From Gekko japonicus (Eukaryota), in contig NW_015177020.1 in the NCBI RefSeq assembly GCF_001447785.1, positions 272,365 through 336,364 of the forward strand: a DNA stretch of 64,000 nt, in the 5' to 3' direction. The translations under genes were made by a program, and so were the position numbers. Shown piece after piece: positions 60,440 to 64,000 of this stretch (within the stretch, counting starts at the first letter, position 1; each line of letters opens with the position of its first letter). The notes beneath the pieces were generated by a model. That model ran no database searches, was not told the origin of the DNA, and worked only from the letters and a program-made list of their open reading frames with translations.

Positions 60440-61048
60440 ACTTTCTCAAAAAGGATGTTGCAGAGCTGGAAAAAAGTACAGAAGAGGGCAACCAAGATGA
60501 TGACAGGGTTGGAACACCTTCCCTGTGAAGAAAGGCTGAAGAGTCTGGGACTCTTCTGTTTAGAAAATGGACAAAGATAGAGGACAACGACAGAGGTTTA
60601 TAAAATTATGCAGGGGGTGGAGAATGTTGACAAAGATAATTTTTTCTCCCTCTCCCAAAATACTAGAACTCGAGGGCACTCAATGAAGCTGACGGGCAGT
60701 AGGTTCAAGATGGACAAATGGAAACACTACTTTACACAGCAAGTGATTAAAATGTGGAATTCGTTGCCAGAGGATCTAGTGATGGCCACAGGAATCAGCA
60801 GCTTTAAAAAGGGGTTAGATAGAATCATGGAGGATAAGTCTATCAATGGCTACTAGCCATGGTGGCTGAAAGGAACCTTCACATTCAGAGGCACTAAGCC
60901 TAGTGCCAGGAGGCAACATCAGGGGAAGGCCTCGGCCTCTCTGTCCTGTTGCTGGCCCTCCAGAGGAACTGGCTGGCCACTGTGTGAGGCAGGATGCTGG
61001 ACTAGATGGACCACTGGTCTGATCCAGCAGGGCTCTTCTGATGTTCTT
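60440..61048 (+). mobile_element. CR1 LINE 3' fragment (older subfamily)
   Basis: ORF 60608-60856 resembles a CR1 ORF2 C-terminus. Confidence 0.82.
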
Positions 61049-61439
61049 TCAATGCAGTCATTCAGTTCTCTTGTATTTTTTCTCATTCATGTTTTCTTGT
61101 AATTACTGGATTTACCCAGACCTTGATGGTCCAGGGTAGCCCGATCTTGTCAGATCTCAGAAACTAAGCAGGGTCAGCCCCGGGTTTGAGAGCCCACCAA
61201 GGAAGTTGCTATGCAGGGTAGGCAATAGCAAACCCCTTCTGAACATCTCTTGCCTCGAGAACTCCATGGGGTCTCCATAATTGGCTGCAACTTGATAGCA
61301 CTTTGCACCACCAGTTATTAGATTTATTCCTATTCTGGTGTGTATGTGTCTAAATGTATACGTTTTCTAAACAGATATGTAATTCATTTTTTATCGTTAG
61401 TGGGTAGTCAGGTTTTTTCTCCTTCTGTGCTGTTGTGAT

Positions 61440-61663
61440 TAGCCACAAGGTATAGATAGGGACTCTGGGGCAAGTGATGCTCTGTCTTCTTGGTGCTTGG
61501 GGGGGGGGGTCAACAGTGGGAGGGCTTCTAGTGTCCTGGCCCCACTGGTGGACCTCCTGATGGCACCTGGTATTTCTGGCCACTGTGTGATACAGAGTGT
61601 TGGACTGGATGGGCCTTTGGCCTGATCCAACATTGGCGTCTCTTATGTTCTTATGTTCTTATG
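61440..61663 (+). mobile_element. CR1 3' UTR fragment
   Basis: (TTCTTATG)n tail; near-identical inverted copy at 62044-62258. Confidence 0.88.
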
Positions 61664-61942
61664 ATTGTTTGCAGCTAGTCCCGACTGCTGTCAGCTTAAC
61701 AAGGGGCTGCCAGAAATGGTCCAAAACGGTCCCGTTATCCCACACCTACCATCCTCCACTATTTTCCCCACTTGACCCCGTTTTAACCCAGACTCTGTCC
61801 CCTCCCTTGTCCCACCTTTGCTATTCATCACTCCCCCTCCCTTGATGTGTGACGTCATCTATAGACCCTCCTCCTGTGCTGTGTCCCGCCTCCGAGTTGT
61901 AGCTCCAAGCTCTGACTGTAGGGTTGCCAATCTCCAAACGGG

Positions 61943-62838
61943 TTATGCCAAAAAAGTCTCCAAAGACTAGACATTTCTTTTTCCAGTATTCAGTTTACTG
62001 GGAGCAATTCAAACGCCGTCAACACCAACGAACCATGCATATTAAGAACATAAGAGATGCCAATGTTGGATCAGGCCAAAGGCCCATCCAGTCCAACACT
62101 CTGTATCCCACAGTGGCCAGAAATACCAGGTGCCATCAGGAGGTCCACCAGTGGGGCCAGGACATTAGAAGCCCTCCCACTGTTGACCCCCCCCCCCAAG
62201 CACCAAGATGACAGAGCATCACTTGCCCCAGAGTCCCTATCTATACCTTGTGGCTAATAGCCACTGATGGACCTCTGCTCCATATGCTTATCTAATTCCC
62301 TTTTGAAGCCGTCCATGCTTGTAGCTGCCACCACTTCCTGTGGCAGTGAGTTCCATGTGTTAATCACTCTTTGGGTGAAGAAGTACTTCCTTTTATCCGT
62401 TCTAACCCGACCGCTCAGCAATTTCATGGAGTGCCCACGGGTTCTTGTATTGTGAGAAAGGGAGAAAAGTCCCAATATTTCCCAATATTCAGTTTACTGG
62501 AAGGAATTTCAACGCCGTCAACACCAACGAACCATGCATATTATATCTCGTTTCGTGTAAGACTTTATCAAAGTGGGTATCGTTGAAATTCGATATTAAT
62601 CCATTTTGACAAACTCTCTAGTAGTATCTCATAGTGACACTCATCACATAAGATACTACAAGAGACTTTATCAAGTGGATTAATATCGTATTTCAGCGCT
62701 ACCCACTTTGATAACGTTATACACGAAACGAGATATAATATGCATGGTTCGTTGGTGTTGACGGTGCTGAAATTCCTTCCAGTAAACTGAATATTGGGAA
62801 AAGAAATTTCTAGTCTTTCTGAGACTTTTTTGGCATAA
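61943..62838. mobile_element. AT-rich foldback element (arms about 200 bp) interrupted by an antisense CR1 fragment (62044-62470)
   Basis: TTATGCCAAAAAAGTCTC...GAGACTTTTTTGGCATAA termini; palindromic up to a centre near 62640. Confidence 0.75.
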
Positions 62839-63144
62839 TACATCACGGTCGTTTGCTTCTTCTCAACTTCCGTCCCGTGATCTCGCTCTTTGGTTTGCAA
62901 TCTCCAGATGGGGCCTGGAGAACTCCTGCAATTACATTTGATCTCCAGATGACAAGCAGTTCCTCTGGAGGAAATGGCTGCTTTGGAAGGTGGGCTCTAT
63001 GGCCTTGTACCCTGCTGAGGTCCCTCCCCTCCCCAAACCCCGCCCTCCCCAGGCTCCACCCCCCCCCCAAATATCCAGGTATTTCCCAGCACAGAGCTGG
63101 CAAGACAACCCAATCTGACTCTCTTTTCCCTCTCTTCCGCCCAG

Positions 63145-63296
63145 TGTTCCCCTGCGGGCCTGACACCAGACAGTGGGAGTATTTCAATGGGAAGTGTTAC
63201 TACTTCTCCTTAGAAACCGCTCCTTGGATGCGAGCCAAGTCCCGGTGTGAAGAGAAGTTTTCTCAGCTGGTCGTCATCAACAGTATGGCCGAACAG
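63145..63296 (+). CDS. Hepatic lectin-like gene 2, exon 4 (first CTLD exon); gene continues beyond the window
   Basis: 152 nt, LFPCGPDTRQWEYFNGKCYYFSLET..., clear paralog of 27401-27552. Confidence 0.93.
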
Positions 63297-63730
63297 GTAA
63301 AAAAACGGGGTAAACCCAGCCCCTTTGGGGGTGGACATCCCAGGAGAGCAGAACCAGGCGGATATGATTGAGTCAGAGGTGGGATTTGCAGCTCGCCTGG
63401 GTAGAGGACACTGGTCTTTCCTTCCACCACCCTGTGGCACCAGTGGTACGGTGGTTTGTCCCAGAGTTCAACAGAGCAGACGTGTCTTTTCCCCTTTAAG
63501 ACCTAGGTCAGGAGTCCCCAACGTGGTGCCCGTTGACACCCTTCCTGGTGCCCCCAAGTGTTTTTAGAAAGTGGGCAGGGCCAGGTGGGGCTTTTGCCCA
63601 GTAAGGCTTCTGATTGGCCACTGGAGATTTGATTGGCTTCTACCATAGCACCAGGATCCTCACTGTGTGAAGAGGAATGATAAACCTCTATATCTGGACT
63701 TTTCACTTTTTGAGGAATTTGACTTGGGAC

Positions 63731-63957
63731 CAGAGGTCATTTGGGGGGGGGGGGACCGGGGGGGAGTAAGTTGCTTCCTCCCTGCCTCTCCCCACCCCTG
63801 CCTGCCTGGGGCCAGGGAGGGCCTTCGCGGGGCTTCCTCGCACTCCCACCGGCCTTGCAGGTCCACCGCCGGGCCTTATTATGTCAGGGGGTGTGGCATA
63901 TGCTAATGAGTTATGCTAATGAGTTCCCCTAGCTCTTTTTCTACGAAATGACCCCTG
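63731..63957. mobile_element. hAT MITE (CAGGGGTC subfamily)
   Basis: Perfect TSD CTTGGGAC. Confidence 0.88.
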
Positions 63958-64000
63958 CTTGGGACTATTTCTGAAGTTGTATTAATAGGACTGTTTTTGT

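Overview
Eukaryotic genomic DNA from a squamate reptile, probably a gecko (inferred from Sauria-type, 5S-derived and tRNA-derived SINEs plus BovB, CR1 and Penelope remnants). Four spliced genes can be built by hand. UBL5 (minus strand, 73 aa, two U12-type minor introns) is head-to-head with FBXL12 (plus strand, 3 exons, 322 aa) across a CpG/ETS bidirectional promoter. Downstream are two tandem type II C-type lectin genes resembling chicken hepatic lectin: copy 1 is complete (6 exons, 215 aa, EPN/WND) and copy 2 runs off the window after exon 4. The rest is dense transposon debris, and nearly all other ORFs in the track are spurious. Most notable: (1) a U2 snRNA fragment starting at U2 nt 38 and carrying its genomic 3' box, the expected footprint of a U2-targeting Keno/Utopia retrotransposon; (2) a TGT...ACA element with 47-bp TIRs and a 5-bp TSD (Ginger-like); (3) an abundant hAT MITE family carrying fixed-spacing POU/octamer plus KLF motif arrays; (4) an HNF1/HNF4-type promoter in lectin copy 1 that is degraded in copy 2. 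All calls were made by eye with no database search. Repeat family names are from recall and many repeat boundaries are approximate.
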